The position numbers and the translations under genes were made by a program. The notes below the pieces were generated by a model. It searched no databases. It saw only the letters and a list, made by a program, of their open reading frames with translations, and was not told where the DNA came from. Positions 1 through 8,834 of a DNA stretch of 55,452 nucleotides are shown in pieces. Source of the DNA: Gemmatimonas sp. (GTDB taxonomy: Bacteria; Gemmatimonadota; Gemmatimonadetes; Gemmatimonadales; Gemmatimonadaceae); contig JBILKP010000001.1 of assembly GCA_044376625.1 (NCBI GenBank), positions 1 through 55,452 of the forward strand, given 5' to 3'. Position 1 is the stretch's first letter. Each line of letters opens with the position of its first letter.

Positions 1-2
1 CA

Positions 3-1082
3 CCTCCAACCTCACCCCCTCCCTCCGGCAACTCCGACACCCGGGTCACCCCCACTGCCGGCGATCGTCGCGAGCGCGGCCCCACCTACGGCGACCTTGT
101 CGGCAACAAGGGGGGGCTCACCGCGCTCCTCTTCGCCGCCCGTGACGGCCGCGTGGCCGCCGTGGAGGCGCTCCTCGCCGCCGGCGCCGACCTCAATCAC
201 GCCAGCGCCGGCGACAGGACCACGCCGCTGCTCATGGCCACCATCAACGGCCACCTGGACCTCGCCAAGGCGCTCCTCGACCGCGGCGCCAACCCGCGCC
301 TGGCCAGCGAGGCCAACGCCACCCCGCTGTACGCCGTGGTCAACGTGGTGTGGGCCCCCAAGGCCGCCTACCCCAACCCCGTGGCCCAGCAGCAGTCGCG
401 CATCGGCTACCTGGAGCTCATGGAGGCGCTCATCGCCAAGGGCGCCGACGTCAACGCGCGGCTCTCCAAGCACCTCTGGTACATGTCGTACAACTTCGAC
501 CAGCTGTCGGTGAACACGGCCGGCGCCACCCCCTTCTGGCGCGCCGCGTACGCCACCGACCTGGACGCTATGAAGCTGCTGGTGCGCCACGGCGCCGACC
601 CGTCGCTGGCCACCTACAAGCCCAAGGGGCGCAACCCCGGCGCCGAGGAGCCCGACAGCGAGGGCGCGGTGACGGACCCTTCCGGGCTCCCTCCGGTCCC
701 CGACAACGGCCCGGGAGTCTACCCCATCCACGCCGCCACCGGCGCGGGGTATGGCGAGGGATTTGCCGCCAATGCGCACCGGCACGCCCCCGATGGGTGG
801 CTCCCCACCCTGCGCTACCTGGTCGAAGAGCTCAAGGCCGACGTCAACGCGCGCGACTTCAAGGGCTACACCCCGCTGCACAACGCCGCCACGCGCGGCG
901 ACAACGCCATGATCTCCTACCTGCTGGCCAAGGGGGCCAACCCGCACGCGGTGGCCCGCACCGGGCAGACCACGGTGGACATGGCGAACGGGCCCGTGCA
1001 GCGCGTGCCCCCCTTCCTGGAGACCATCGCGCTCCTGGAGAAGCTCGGGGTGAAGAACAACCACAAGTGCAAGAGCTGCTGA
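3..1082 (+). CDS. Ankyrin-repeat protein, 5'-truncated by the window edge
   Basis: Frame is open from position 3. Repeated ankyrin motifs: GLTALLFAARDG, TTPLLMATING, ATPFWRAA, GYTPLHNAATRG, GADVNAR. Ends in NNHKCKSC. Confidence 0.9.
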   Translation, partial: PPTSPPPSGNSDTRVTPTAGDRRERGPTYGDLVGNKGGLTALLFAARDGRVAAVEALLAAGADLNHASAGDRTTPLLMATINGHLDLAKALLDRGANPRLASEANATPLYAVVNVVWAPKAAYPNPVAQQQSRIGYLELMEALIAKGADVNARLSKHLWYMSYNFDQLSVNTAGATPFWRAAYATDLDAMKLLVRHGADPSLATYKPKGRNPGAEEPDSEGAVTDPSGLPPVPDNGPGVYPIHAATGAGYGEGFAANAHRHAPDGWLPTLRYLVEELKADVNARDFKGYTPLHNAATRGDNAMISYLLAKGANPHAVARTGQTTVDMANGPVQRVPPFLETIALLEKLGVKNNHKCKSC

Positions 1083-1112
1083 GCCAGCAGCGCCCCCCTT
1101 TCGTCACGTCAC

Positions 1113-1895
1113 ATGGAACGCCCCGCCGGCCATTTCTGCTGGATCAACGTGGTCACCCCCGACCCCGATGCCGACCGCACCTTCTACGCGGAGGTGCTGG
1201 GGTGGACGTTCAGCGAGATCCCCGGCATGGGGTGGCTGGTGCTGGTGGACGGCAAGCCCGCCGGCGGCGTCTTCCCCAACGTTGCCGGCGACGGTACCAC
1301 CCATCCCCCCGGCATCGGCGTGATGGTGCGCGTGGATGATGCGGCGGCCATGGCGGCGCGCATGCGCGCGCTGGGCGGACGTGCCACCGACCCGTTTCCG
1401 GTGGGGCTCGGGATCATGGTGGACGCCGCCGACCCCGAGGGGGCGGGGATCGACCTCTGGCAGGCGGGGCCGGGGGGCGCGGCGCTGCACGATCCCATGG
1501 CCGAGGGCGCGCCCTTCTGGTTCGAGCTGCTCAGCCGCGACGTGCCGCGCGCGGTGGCCTTCTATCGCGACCTCTTCGGCTGGACCGCCGCCGCCCACCC
1601 GGGGGGCGATCCGCCCTACATCGTCCTCTCCTGCAACGGCGAGGGAATTGGCGGCATCATGCCGGTGACCCCCGCCATGGGCAACCCGCCAGCCTTCTGG
1701 GGGGTGTACATGCACGTGACCGGGGTGGACGCTGCGGTCGACCGCGTTCGCCACGCCGGGGGGAGCGTCTTCCTGGAGGCCCATGACATCCCCGGCGTGG
1801 GGCGCATCGCGGGGGTGGCGTCGCCCCGCGGCGTCCACTTCTACCTGATGGCCCCGGTGATGCCCTCCCCGCCGCCCCCCGCCGCTACGGCTTGA
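1113..1895 (+). CDS. VOC/glyoxalase family protein with two domains
   Basis: GHFCWINVVTPD..FYAEVLGW and PFWFELLSRD..FYRDLFGW repeats. YMHVTGVDAAVDRV..GG and DIPGVGRIA motifs. Confidence 0.9.
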   Translation: MERPAGHFCWINVVTPDPDADRTFYAEVLGWTFSEIPGMGWLVLVDGKPAGGVFPNVAGDGTTHPPGIGVMVRVDDAAAMAARMRALGGRATDPFPVGLGIMVDAADPEGAGIDLWQAGPGGAALHDPMAEGAPFWFELLSRDVPRAVAFYRDLFGWTAAAHPGGDPPYIVLSCNGEGIGGIMPVTPAMGNPPAFWGVYMHVTGVDAAVDRVRHAGGSVFLEAHDIPGVGRIAGVASPRGVHFYLMAPVMPSPPPPAATA

Positions 1896-2673
1896 GCGTC
1901 CGCAGCAGCTCCGCCGCCTCCCGCTTCCGCGTGTCGTCCCCCAGTTCCTGCTCCGCCATCGCGGCGACCCCCTGCAGTCGCGTCCGCGCCTCGGCGGTCC
2001 GGTCGTCCGCCGCCAGTGCGCGCCCGTACTCCAGCTCGAACATCACGAAGCCGGGGCGCAGCTCAGTGGCGCGCCGCAGGTTGGCCAGCGCATCCGCCAG
2101 GTTCCCGAACCCCAGCCCCAGCGGCATCCGCAACGGGCGCGGTGTCTCCGTCAGCTTGAGGTGGGTGCGCCCCAGGATGTAGTGCGCCGACGCCAGCGTG
2201 GCGGCCGGCGCCCCGCGCATCCCGATCACCTTCTCCGCATCCTCGCGCGCCTGCGCCACGAAATCGGCGGCGTCCAGCACCCCGGAAAACAGCGCCACCT
2301 TCCCCGCCGCCGCGGCACGGCGCAGGTAGCCGTCCGGCGCCGCCGGACTCACCTTGATGGCCCGTTCGGCGAGCTCCAGCGCCTCGCGATAGAACCGGTC
2401 CTGCGCCTTGCTCTGCGCGGGAGCGACGTCCCCCTGCAGCACCCGCACGCGCGAGAGGCGCCACAGCACCTCGAAGTCCCGCGGAGCCGTGCGTGCGGCG
2501 TCGTCCATCGCCGCCACCGCCGGCGCCAACTGGCGCGCCCCCAGCAGCGAATCCACCCGCATCAACGCCACGGGCTGGGCGAGGGCGGGCAGGGGGAGCG
2601 CCAACAGCGCCGCAGCGAGGATCCGGGCACCAGCGTGGGTCGCGGGGCGGTTCAGGCGGGGGAACGCAAACAT
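1885..2673 (-). CDS. Secreted TPR-like alpha-helical protein
   Basis: Signal peptide ending ALA-Q. Helical repeats FEVLWRLSR, ALELAERAIKVSP, AHYILGR, LRRATELRP. Start chosen at ATG 2673. Confidence 0.7.
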   Translation of the reverse strand: MFAFPRLNRPATHAGARILAAALLALPLPALAQPVALMRVDSLLGARQLAPAVAAMDDAARTAPRDFEVLWRLSRVRVLQGDVAPAQSKAQDRFYREALELAERAIKVSPAAPDGYLRRAAAAGKVALFSGVLDAADFVAQAREDAEKVIGMRGAPAATLASAHYILGRTHLKLTETPRPLRMPLGLGFGNLADALANLRRATELRPGFVMFELEYGRALAADDRTAEARTRLQGVAAMAEQELGDDTRKREAAELLRTLKP

Positions 2674-2789
2674 GGGCGGGGAGGACCGGGGTGGACGAGT
2701 CGGAGTGCGTTGCGTTTGCCGACAATACTGTTCAGGATTCGCTGTCGCAGTTTCTCCCACCTCCCCTGCTCACGCAAGCGCTTCCCCCA

Positions 2790-3746
2790 ATGCCCCGTCC
2801 CCCCCGTGTCGTCCGCGACGGTATCCGCGCACACCGTGGCCATCCCGCAGGCGCCCGCCGGGCGGTAGCGCTGGTCTCCGCCGCACTGGTCGCCCTGCCG
2901 ATCGTGCCTGCGTCGGCGCGCGCCCAGCGCGAGCGCCTCGTGCTGCGCGTGGACGCCTTTGGCGGCACCGGGATCACGGCCCCCTCCCGCACCACCCCCA
3001 ACGGCGACGTCACCCAGCGCTCGGTGCAGCTCCAGGCGGCGCACCGGATCCTGCTGGATGGCGGCAACACCATGCTGCTGCTGGGGGCACAGTACCGGGG
3101 GGTGCGGGTCACGCTCCCCACGGCGGCGGGCACGCCATCAGGAGCGCCCACCGACCTGCACGTGGCCGCCGCCGACCTCTGGCTGCTGCGCACCCTGGAC
3201 GACCGGCACACGCTGGTGACCGTGCTCCGCCCCGGGCTCTACGGCGACCTTGACGACGCTGGCGCCCAGTTCCGCACCGAGGGGGCGCTGTTCGTGGACC
3301 GCATCCTCTCGCCGCGCACCACCGTGGGGGTGGGGCTGTCGTACGGCTCCAACTTCGGGCGCGTGCTCCCCATCCCGGTGGTGCACGTGGTGGCGCGCCC
3401 ACGGCGGCGGCTGCTGCTGGATGCGCTGCTCCCCGCGCGCGCCGACCTCTGGTGGATGCCGCGCAAGGGGCTGGACCTTGGCCTCGGGGCGGGGCTCGTG
3501 GGCGCGCAGTACGGCGTGGCCGGCGCCAATCGCCTGGTGGCCGGTGCCGACGCCCTCTGGCTGGCCAATGCCACCATCGGCCCGCAGCTGCGCTGGGCGC
3601 CGCAGGGGGGGAAGCTGCAATTCACCGCCGACGGCGGCGCCACCGTGCTGCGCCGCCTGCGCTACGCGCGCGGGGGGACCGAGCTGGTCGACCTGGCCCC
3701 CGGCAACGTCCTCTTCGGGCGCGCCGGGGTCCAGTGGCTGTTCTGA
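2790..3746 (+). CDS. Outer-membrane beta-barrel protein (DUF6268-like)
   Basis: Signal peptide ending ARA-Q, amphipathic strands, the segment VGVGLSYGSNFGRVLPIPVV, and C-terminal VQWLF. Start uncertain. Confidence 0.7.
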   Translation: MPRPPRVVRDGIRAHRGHPAGARRAVALVSAALVALPIVPASARAQRERLVLRVDAFGGTGITAPSRTTPNGDVTQRSVQLQAAHRILLDGGNTMLLLGAQYRGVRVTLPTAAGTPSGAPTDLHVAAADLWLLRTLDDRHTLVTVLRPGLYGDLDDAGAQFRTEGALFVDRILSPRTTVGVGLSYGSNFGRVLPIPVVHVVARPRRRLLLDALLPARADLWWMPRKGLDLGLGAGLVGAQYGVAGANRLVAGADALWLANATIGPQLRWAPQGGKLQFTADGGATVLRRLRYARGGTELVDLAPGNVLFGRAGVQWLF

Positions 3747-3756
3747 GGGACTGCGG

Positions 3757-5088
3757 TCAGTTCCCCCCCTTCTTCCCCGTCGGCAGCGTGAGGTAGTCCA
3801 CCGCCAGCCCGGTCATGGCGCGCACACCGGTGATCAGCGCCCCCTCGTCGGCGAAGAACAGCGGCGAGTGGTTCACCGGCACCGTCGCGGGGTCCTTGTC
3901 CTTGGGCGTCACCCCCAGGAAGAAGAAGATCCCGGGGATCTTCTGCGTGAACACCGGGAAGTCCTCCGACCCCATCACGGGATTGATGAACTGCACGCCG
4001 TTGGCCCCCGCCGCGCGGCGCAGCGTGGGGAGCATCCGGTCGGTGAGCGACGTGTCGTTGGCCGTCACCAGCCCCCCCTGGTCCACCTTCACGATGGCCG
4101 TGGCCCCGGCGGAGCGCGCGATGTCCTCGGCGGTGCGCGTGATGCGCCGCGCGATGTCCGCGCGCATCGCGTCGTCGAAGGTGCGCAGCGTCCCCACCAT
4201 CACCACGCTGTCGGGGATGATGTTGCTGCGGTTCCCGCCCGCGATCTGCCCCACGGTGAGCACGCTCGGGAGGTAGGCCACGTTCACCTGACGGCTGGCG
4301 ATGGTCTGCAGCCCCAGCACCACCTGCGACGCCACCACGATGGGGTCCACCCCCGACCACGGCTGCGACCCGTGCGTCTGCTTCCCCTTGATGATGATGC
4401 TGAAGTTCCCGGCCGCGGCCATGATGGGCCCTTGGCGCACGCCGATCGACCCCACGTGGGTGGGCCACACGTGCAGCCCGAACACCGCGCTGGGCGCCGG
4501 GTTGGTCAGCGCCCCGTCATCCACCATCGCCTGCGCCCCCCCCAGCCCCTCCTCGGCCGGCTGGAAGAGGAACTTGATGGTGCCGGGGAGCTGCGCCTTC
4601 ATCCCCGCCAGCACCTCGGCGGCGCCCATCAGGATGGCCACGTGGTTGTCGTGGCCGCAGGCGTGCATCACCCCCACCTCCTGCCCCTGCCACTGCGTGC
4701 GCACGGTGCTCCTGAAGGGGAGGTCCACCAGCTCGGTCACGGGGAGGCCGTCCATGTCGGCGCGCAGCGCCACCACCGGCCCCGGCTTGCCGCCGCGCAG
4801 GATCCCCACCACGCCCGTCTTCCCGACCGGGGCCTGCACCTCCATCCCCAGCGCCCTGAGGTGCGCCGCCACCACTGCCGAGGTGCGCTGTTCCTCGAAG
4901 GAGAGCTCGGGGTGCTGGTGCAGGTCGCGGCGCCACGCGACCACCTTGGGCATGACGGCGGGGAGCTTGGCCTCGATGAGCCGCACCAGCTCGCTGGACG
5001 GGGCCGGCTGGGCGGCAACCGGGGTGAAGCCGAGCGTGGCGAGGGCGGCGGCCGCGGCGGCTACCAGGGCAGGGGAGCGACGCATCAT
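3757..5088 (-). CDS. Secreted M20 family amidohydrolase/peptidase
   Basis: Motifs RRDLHQHPELSFEE, LRADMDGLP, MHACGHDNH, FQPAEEG, GKQTHG, SEDF, NHSPLF. N-terminal signal peptide. Confidence 0.95.
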   Translation of the reverse strand: MMRRSPALVAAAAAALATLGFTPVAAQPAPSSELVRLIEAKLPAVMPKVVAWRRDLHQHPELSFEEQRTSAVVAAHLRALGMEVQAPVGKTGVVGILRGGKPGPVVALRADMDGLPVTELVDLPFRSTVRTQWQGQEVGVMHACGHDNHVAILMGAAEVLAGMKAQLPGTIKFLFQPAEEGLGGAQAMVDDGALTNPAPSAVFGLHVWPTHVGSIGVRQGPIMAAAGNFSIIIKGKQTHGSQPWSGVDPIVVASQVVLGLQTIASRQVNVAYLPSVLTVGQIAGGNRSNIIPDSVVMVGTLRTFDDAMRADIARRITRTAEDIARSAGATAIVKVDQGGLVTANDTSLTDRMLPTLRRAAGANGVQFINPVMGSEDFPVFTQKIPGIFFFLGVTPKDKDPATVPVNHSPLFFADEGALITGVRAMTGLAVDYLTLPTGKKGGN

Positions 5089-5195
5089 GAAGTCGGGACC
5101 GGGGGAAGGGGCGGAGCTCCCCACGCGGGGGGCTCCCACCACGTTACGGCGCCATGGGGGCGGGTCGCCACAGGTGCGGCGCGAAAATCAGGGGC

Positions 5196-5265
5196 TTGAA
5201 ATACCTAGTAGCTCAAGGTATGGTACTCCTATGCCTTGAGCTGCTATGCACAGCGCTCCAAGGTA
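5196..5265 (+). promoter_or_regulatory. Sigma-70 promoter with probable PadR operator boxes
   Basis: TTGAAA(5196)-17 bp-TATGGT(5219). TACCT-N9-AGGTA palindrome at 5202-5220 with degenerate copies at 5232-5250 and 5247-5265. Confidence 0.65.
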
Positions 5266-5290
5266 GGAGTAATCCCTAACCCCCGGCCGC

Positions 5291-5677
5291 ATGGACATCG
5301 GCAAGGACCTCGTCGCCGCCTCCTCCACGCCCCTGGTGCTCGCCATCCTGAGCGAGGGGGACAGCTACGGCTATGCCATCCTCCAGCGGGTGCGCGAGCT
5401 CTCCGGCGGCCTGCTCAGCTGGACCGACGGCATGCTGTACCCCGTGCTGCACCGCCTGGAGCGACAGGGGCACGTGGAGGCGCGCTGGGAGGCGGCCCCC
5501 ACGGGGCGCCAGCGCAAGTACTACCGCCTCACCACCGCCGGGCGCGCGCAGTTGGACGAGGAGCGCCGTCAGTGGCAGGCGGTGGACGCGGCGCTGCGCA
5601 GCGCCTGGCATCAGCTGTCGGCCAACATCCCCGACCTGCTTCCGGCGCCGCGGGCGCCGCTTCCCCATGGAGCCTGA
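5291..5677 (+). CDS. PadR family transcriptional regulator
   Basis: LVLAIL..GDSYGYAI, GMLYPVLHRLE..G, RQRKYYRLT..GR. Confidence 0.95.
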   Translation: MDIGKDLVAASSTPLVLAILSEGDSYGYAILQRVRELSGGLLSWTDGMLYPVLHRLERQGHVEARWEAAPTGRQRKYYRLTTAGRAQLDEERRQWQAVDAALRSAWHQLSANIPDLLPAPRAPLPHGA

Positions 5678-5680
5678 CCC

Positions 5681-7102
5681 ATGACTGCCCCCACCCCCGA
5701 TGGGATGGCGCCACGCGATCCCTCCGTCCCCCCGTCGTTTGATGCGCCGCTGGAGGCCCAGGTGGCCCGCTGGCGCGAATACCTTCGTCATCGGCAGGCC
5801 ATCCATGCGGTGGACATCGCCGAGCTGGAGGACCACCTGCGCGAGCAGGTGGCCGGGCTCATGGACGGCGGCCTGGCCGCCGACGAGGCGTTCCTGGTGG
5901 CGGTCAAGCGGCTGGGGGCGGTGGACGCCTTGTCGCGCGAGTTCGCCCGCGAGCACGCCGAGCGGCTGTGGAAGCAGCTGATGGCCTTCCCCGACGACGG
6001 CGTCGAGGGGCCGGACGGCGCGCGGCGCACGCGCACCGAGGCGTTGGTGGCCTTCGGCTTCGCCCTGCTGGCGGCGCTGCTGGTCAAGCTCCCCGAGCTG
6101 TTCGGCGTCAACCCCGACACCGACGACGTCTTCTACGCGCGCAACCTGGCGTTCTTCGTCCTCCCGCCGTTGGCGGCGTTCTTCGCGTGGAAGCGGCGCC
6201 TGGCGGCGGGGACGGTGCGCGCGCTGGCGCTGGCCTGTGCCGCGGCGCTGGTGGTCGCCAACGCCTATCCCCTCTCGGCCAAGGCCGACACGCTCACGCT
6301 GCAGGCCATGCACCTCCCCATCGCCCTCTGGCTGCTGGTGGGGGTGGCCTATGCGGGGGGGCGCTGGCGCGAAGGCACAGGACGCATGGACTTCGTGCGC
6401 CATACCGGCGAACAGTTCATCTACTTCGTCCTCATCGCGCTGGGGGGCGGGGCGCTCATGGGCACCTCGGTGGCCCTCTTCCAGGCCATCGGCATCGACC
6501 TCGAGCCGGTGCTTGAGTCGTGGATTGCCCCGTGCGGCGCCGCAGGGGCCATGATCGTGTCGGCCTGGCTGGTGGAGGCCAAGCAGAGCGTCATCGAGAA
6601 CATGGCGCCGGTGCTGACGCGCCTCTTCACGCCGCTGTTCGCCGTGGCGTTGCTGGTGTTCCTGGGGGCGCTGGCCTGGAGCGGGCAGGGGTTCCGCGCC
6701 AACCGCGACCTGCTCATCGCCTTCGACCTGGTGCTCGTCCTGGTGCTGGCGCTGCTGCTGTACGCCACGTCGGCGCGCGACCCGCGCGCGCCCCGCTCGC
6801 TCTTTGACGGCGTGCAGCTGGTGCTGCTGCTGGCGGCCCTGGCCGCCGACGTGGTGGCGCTGGGCACCATGGCCGCCCGCATCGACGCGCTGGGGTTCAC
6901 CCCCAACCGCACCGCCGCGCTGGGGCTCAACCTGGTGCTCCTGGTCAACCTCGCCTGGTCGGCGGTGCTGTCGGTGCGCTTCCTCCGCGGGCAGGGGCCG
7001 GTGTCGGCGCTGGAGCGGTGGCAGGTGGCCTACCTGCCGGTGTACGGCGCGTGGGCGGCGGCGGTGGCGGTGGGGTTTCCCCCCCTGTTCGGGTTCCGGT
7101 AG
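5681..7102 (+). CDS. Multi-pass membrane protein with N-terminal permease-prefix domain (PadR partner)
   Basis: N-terminal ELEDHL..GL..DEAFLVAVKRLG motif followed by about 12 hydrophobic segments. Starts 3 bp after padR. Confidence 0.85.
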   Translation: MTAPTPDGMAPRDPSVPPSFDAPLEAQVARWREYLRHRQAIHAVDIAELEDHLREQVAGLMDGGLAADEAFLVAVKRLGAVDALSREFAREHAERLWKQLMAFPDDGVEGPDGARRTRTEALVAFGFALLAALLVKLPELFGVNPDTDDVFYARNLAFFVLPPLAAFFAWKRRLAAGTVRALALACAAALVVANAYPLSAKADTLTLQAMHLPIALWLLVGVAYAGGRWREGTGRMDFVRHTGEQFIYFVLIALGGGALMGTSVALFQAIGIDLEPVLESWIAPCGAAGAMIVSAWLVEAKQSVIENMAPVLTRLFTPLFAVALLVFLGALAWSGQGFRANRDLLIAFDLVLVLVLALLLYATSARDPRAPRSLFDGVQLVLLLAALAADVVALGTMAARIDALGFTPNRTAALGLNLVLLVNLAWSAVLSVRFLRGQGPVSALERWQVAYLPVYGAWAAAVAVGFPPLFGFR

Positions 7103-7142
7103 GGGGCGGGGGCTCCGGGGCGGTCGGCGTTAGCTTGTGTCC

Positions 7143-7421
7143 ATGACCGCCCCTACCCTCTACCGCCTCCTCAACGCCGACGGCAGCACCATTGCCAGCC
7201 CCGTCAAGGGCACCCTCGGCGGGCACCGCAAGAATCGCACGTATGGCCGCCTCGACTGCAAGGCCGCGCGACGCGCCCTGCAGAACGGCCGCAGCTACGA
7301 GCAGCAGCGGGTGTTCTTCGCCGACGAGGCCACCGCCATCGCCGCGGGGTACCGGCCGTGCGCGGTGTGCCTGCCCGAGGCGCATGCGCGATGGAAGGCG
7401 GGGGAGTCGGCCCGCGGGTAA
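7143..7421 (+). CDS. Stand-alone Ada metal-binding domain protein
   Basis: YGRLDC...RVFFADEATAIAAGYRPCAVC. Confidence 0.85.
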   Translation: MTAPTLYRLLNADGSTIASPVKGTLGGHRKNRTYGRLDCKAARRALQNGRSYEQQRVFFADEATAIAAGYRPCAVCLPEAHARWKAGESARG

Positions 7422-7472
7422 CGGCGGCGACTGGCGTCGCCCCGGTTTGTCGGCGCCACGCTCAGCCGCCCC

Positions 7473-7832
7473 TCACCGGCATTGGGGCCCCCCGGGTTCC
7501 CCCTCGGCGAGCCCAAGGGGGGTTGCCGGACCAATCCCCACCCGGCACTCGAGCTCGTCGCGGGTGTATCGGCGATGCGTGGCGCGGGCCTGAAAGCCGC
7601 GCGCCGAGACGTCGCTGATGTAGATCGTGACCCCCGCAAATCCGGGCGGCGCCATGAAGTTGGCATAGCTGCCCGTGGCCAGCTTGTGCTGGTCCGCGGC
7701 GTACACCGTGGTGCGCAGCGAACGCCGCACCGCATGCAGGGCGCTGTCGCGCCGCCCCTGCGGGGTGCAGCCGGTCAGGCCGCTGACCGCCAGGCCGCAG
7801 GCGGCCACCAGCAGCGCACGGCAGCCCCGCAT
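7473..7832 (-). CDS. Small pilin-like putative lipoprotein
   Basis: Lipobox-like LTGC. Body VRRSLR..AADQHKLATGSY..GVTIYI..GFQARATH..C..EGEP..C resembles a type IV pilin globular domain with a C-terminal Cys pair. Confidence 0.55.
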   Translation of the reverse strand: MRGCRALLVAACGLAVSGLTGCTPQGRRDSALHAVRRSLRTTVYAADQHKLATGSYANFMAPPGFAGVTIYISDVSARGFQARATHRRYTRDELECRVGIGPATPLGLAEGEPGGPQCR

Positions 7833-8192
7833 GCGCCGGCCCCGCCCCCACCAAGTGGCGTGGAGAGGGCGCACGGGGGGCTGGACCATGGTGGTCGCGG
7901 TGGCCGCGGGGGGGCGCATGCAGGGGGACATGGGGACACGGTTGCCGAGGTCGTCGCCGCCGACCGCATGGCGGGGTACGGACCCGGGGGGACGCCGCAC
8001 CGGCGGCGTGGGGCCCGTCGAGGACGACGGACCGCCGTGCGGGGTTTCTGCAGGGCCCCCGTACGCCGCGCCGGAGGGCCCCCCGGGCGGCAGGGTGTCC
8101 GCCGCCAGCCCCGAATCCCCTCTGCCCTGGGACCGCCGCCAGCAGCGTCCCCGGTTGACCATGATCGCTCACCATGGTTCCGTAAATCAATC

Positions 8193-8834
8193 ATGTACAC
8201 CCCGAGCCACTTCGCCGAGTCGCGCGTCGACGAGTTGCACCGCGTCATCACCCAGCACCCCCTTGGCGCGCTGGTGCACCAGGGCCCGCAGGGGCTGGAT
8301 GCCAACCACATCCCCTTCCTGCTGGACGCGGCGCCCGCACCGCACGGCACGCTGCTGGCCCACGTGGCGCGCGCCAATGCCCTCTGGCAGGAGGTCACCG
8401 ACGGCGCCCCGGTGCTGGTGATCTTCCGCGCCGCCAGCGCCTACATCTCCCCCAACTGGTATCCCAGCAAGCCGGAGACGCACCGCCACGTCCCCACCTG
8501 GAACTACCAGGCCGTGCACGTGCACGGCACGCTGCACATCCGCCACGACGAGCCGTTCCTCCGTGGCGTGGTGGCCCGCCTCACCCGCGACCACGAGCGC
8601 CAGAGCGGCCAGCCGCGCCCCTGGAAGATGACCGACGCCCCCCGCGACTACGTGCAGCAGATGTTGGGCGCGATCGTCGGCATCGAGGTGCGCGTCGCGC
8701 GGATGGAGGGGAAGTGGAAGCTGGGGCAGAACCGCGAGGCGCGCGACCGCGAGGGGGCGGCGGCGGGGCTTGAGCGGCTGGGGGAGACGCTCACGGCGGA
8801 GGCGATGCGCGGGGCGAAGGGGACGGCGACGTGA
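8193..8834 (+). CDS. FMN-binding negative transcriptional regulator (PaiB family)
   Basis: MYTPSHF, ANHIPF, HVARAN, AYISPNWY, VPTWNY, IVGIE, KWKLGQN. Confidence 0.93.
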   Translation: MYTPSHFAESRVDELHRVITQHPLGALVHQGPQGLDANHIPFLLDAAPAPHGTLLAHVARANALWQEVTDGAPVLVIFRAASAYISPNWYPSKPETHRHVPTWNYQAVHVHGTLHIRHDEPFLRGVVARLTRDHERQSGQPRPWKMTDAPRDYVQQMLGAIVGIEVRVARMEGKWKLGQNREARDREGAAAGLERLGETLTAEAMRGAKGTAT

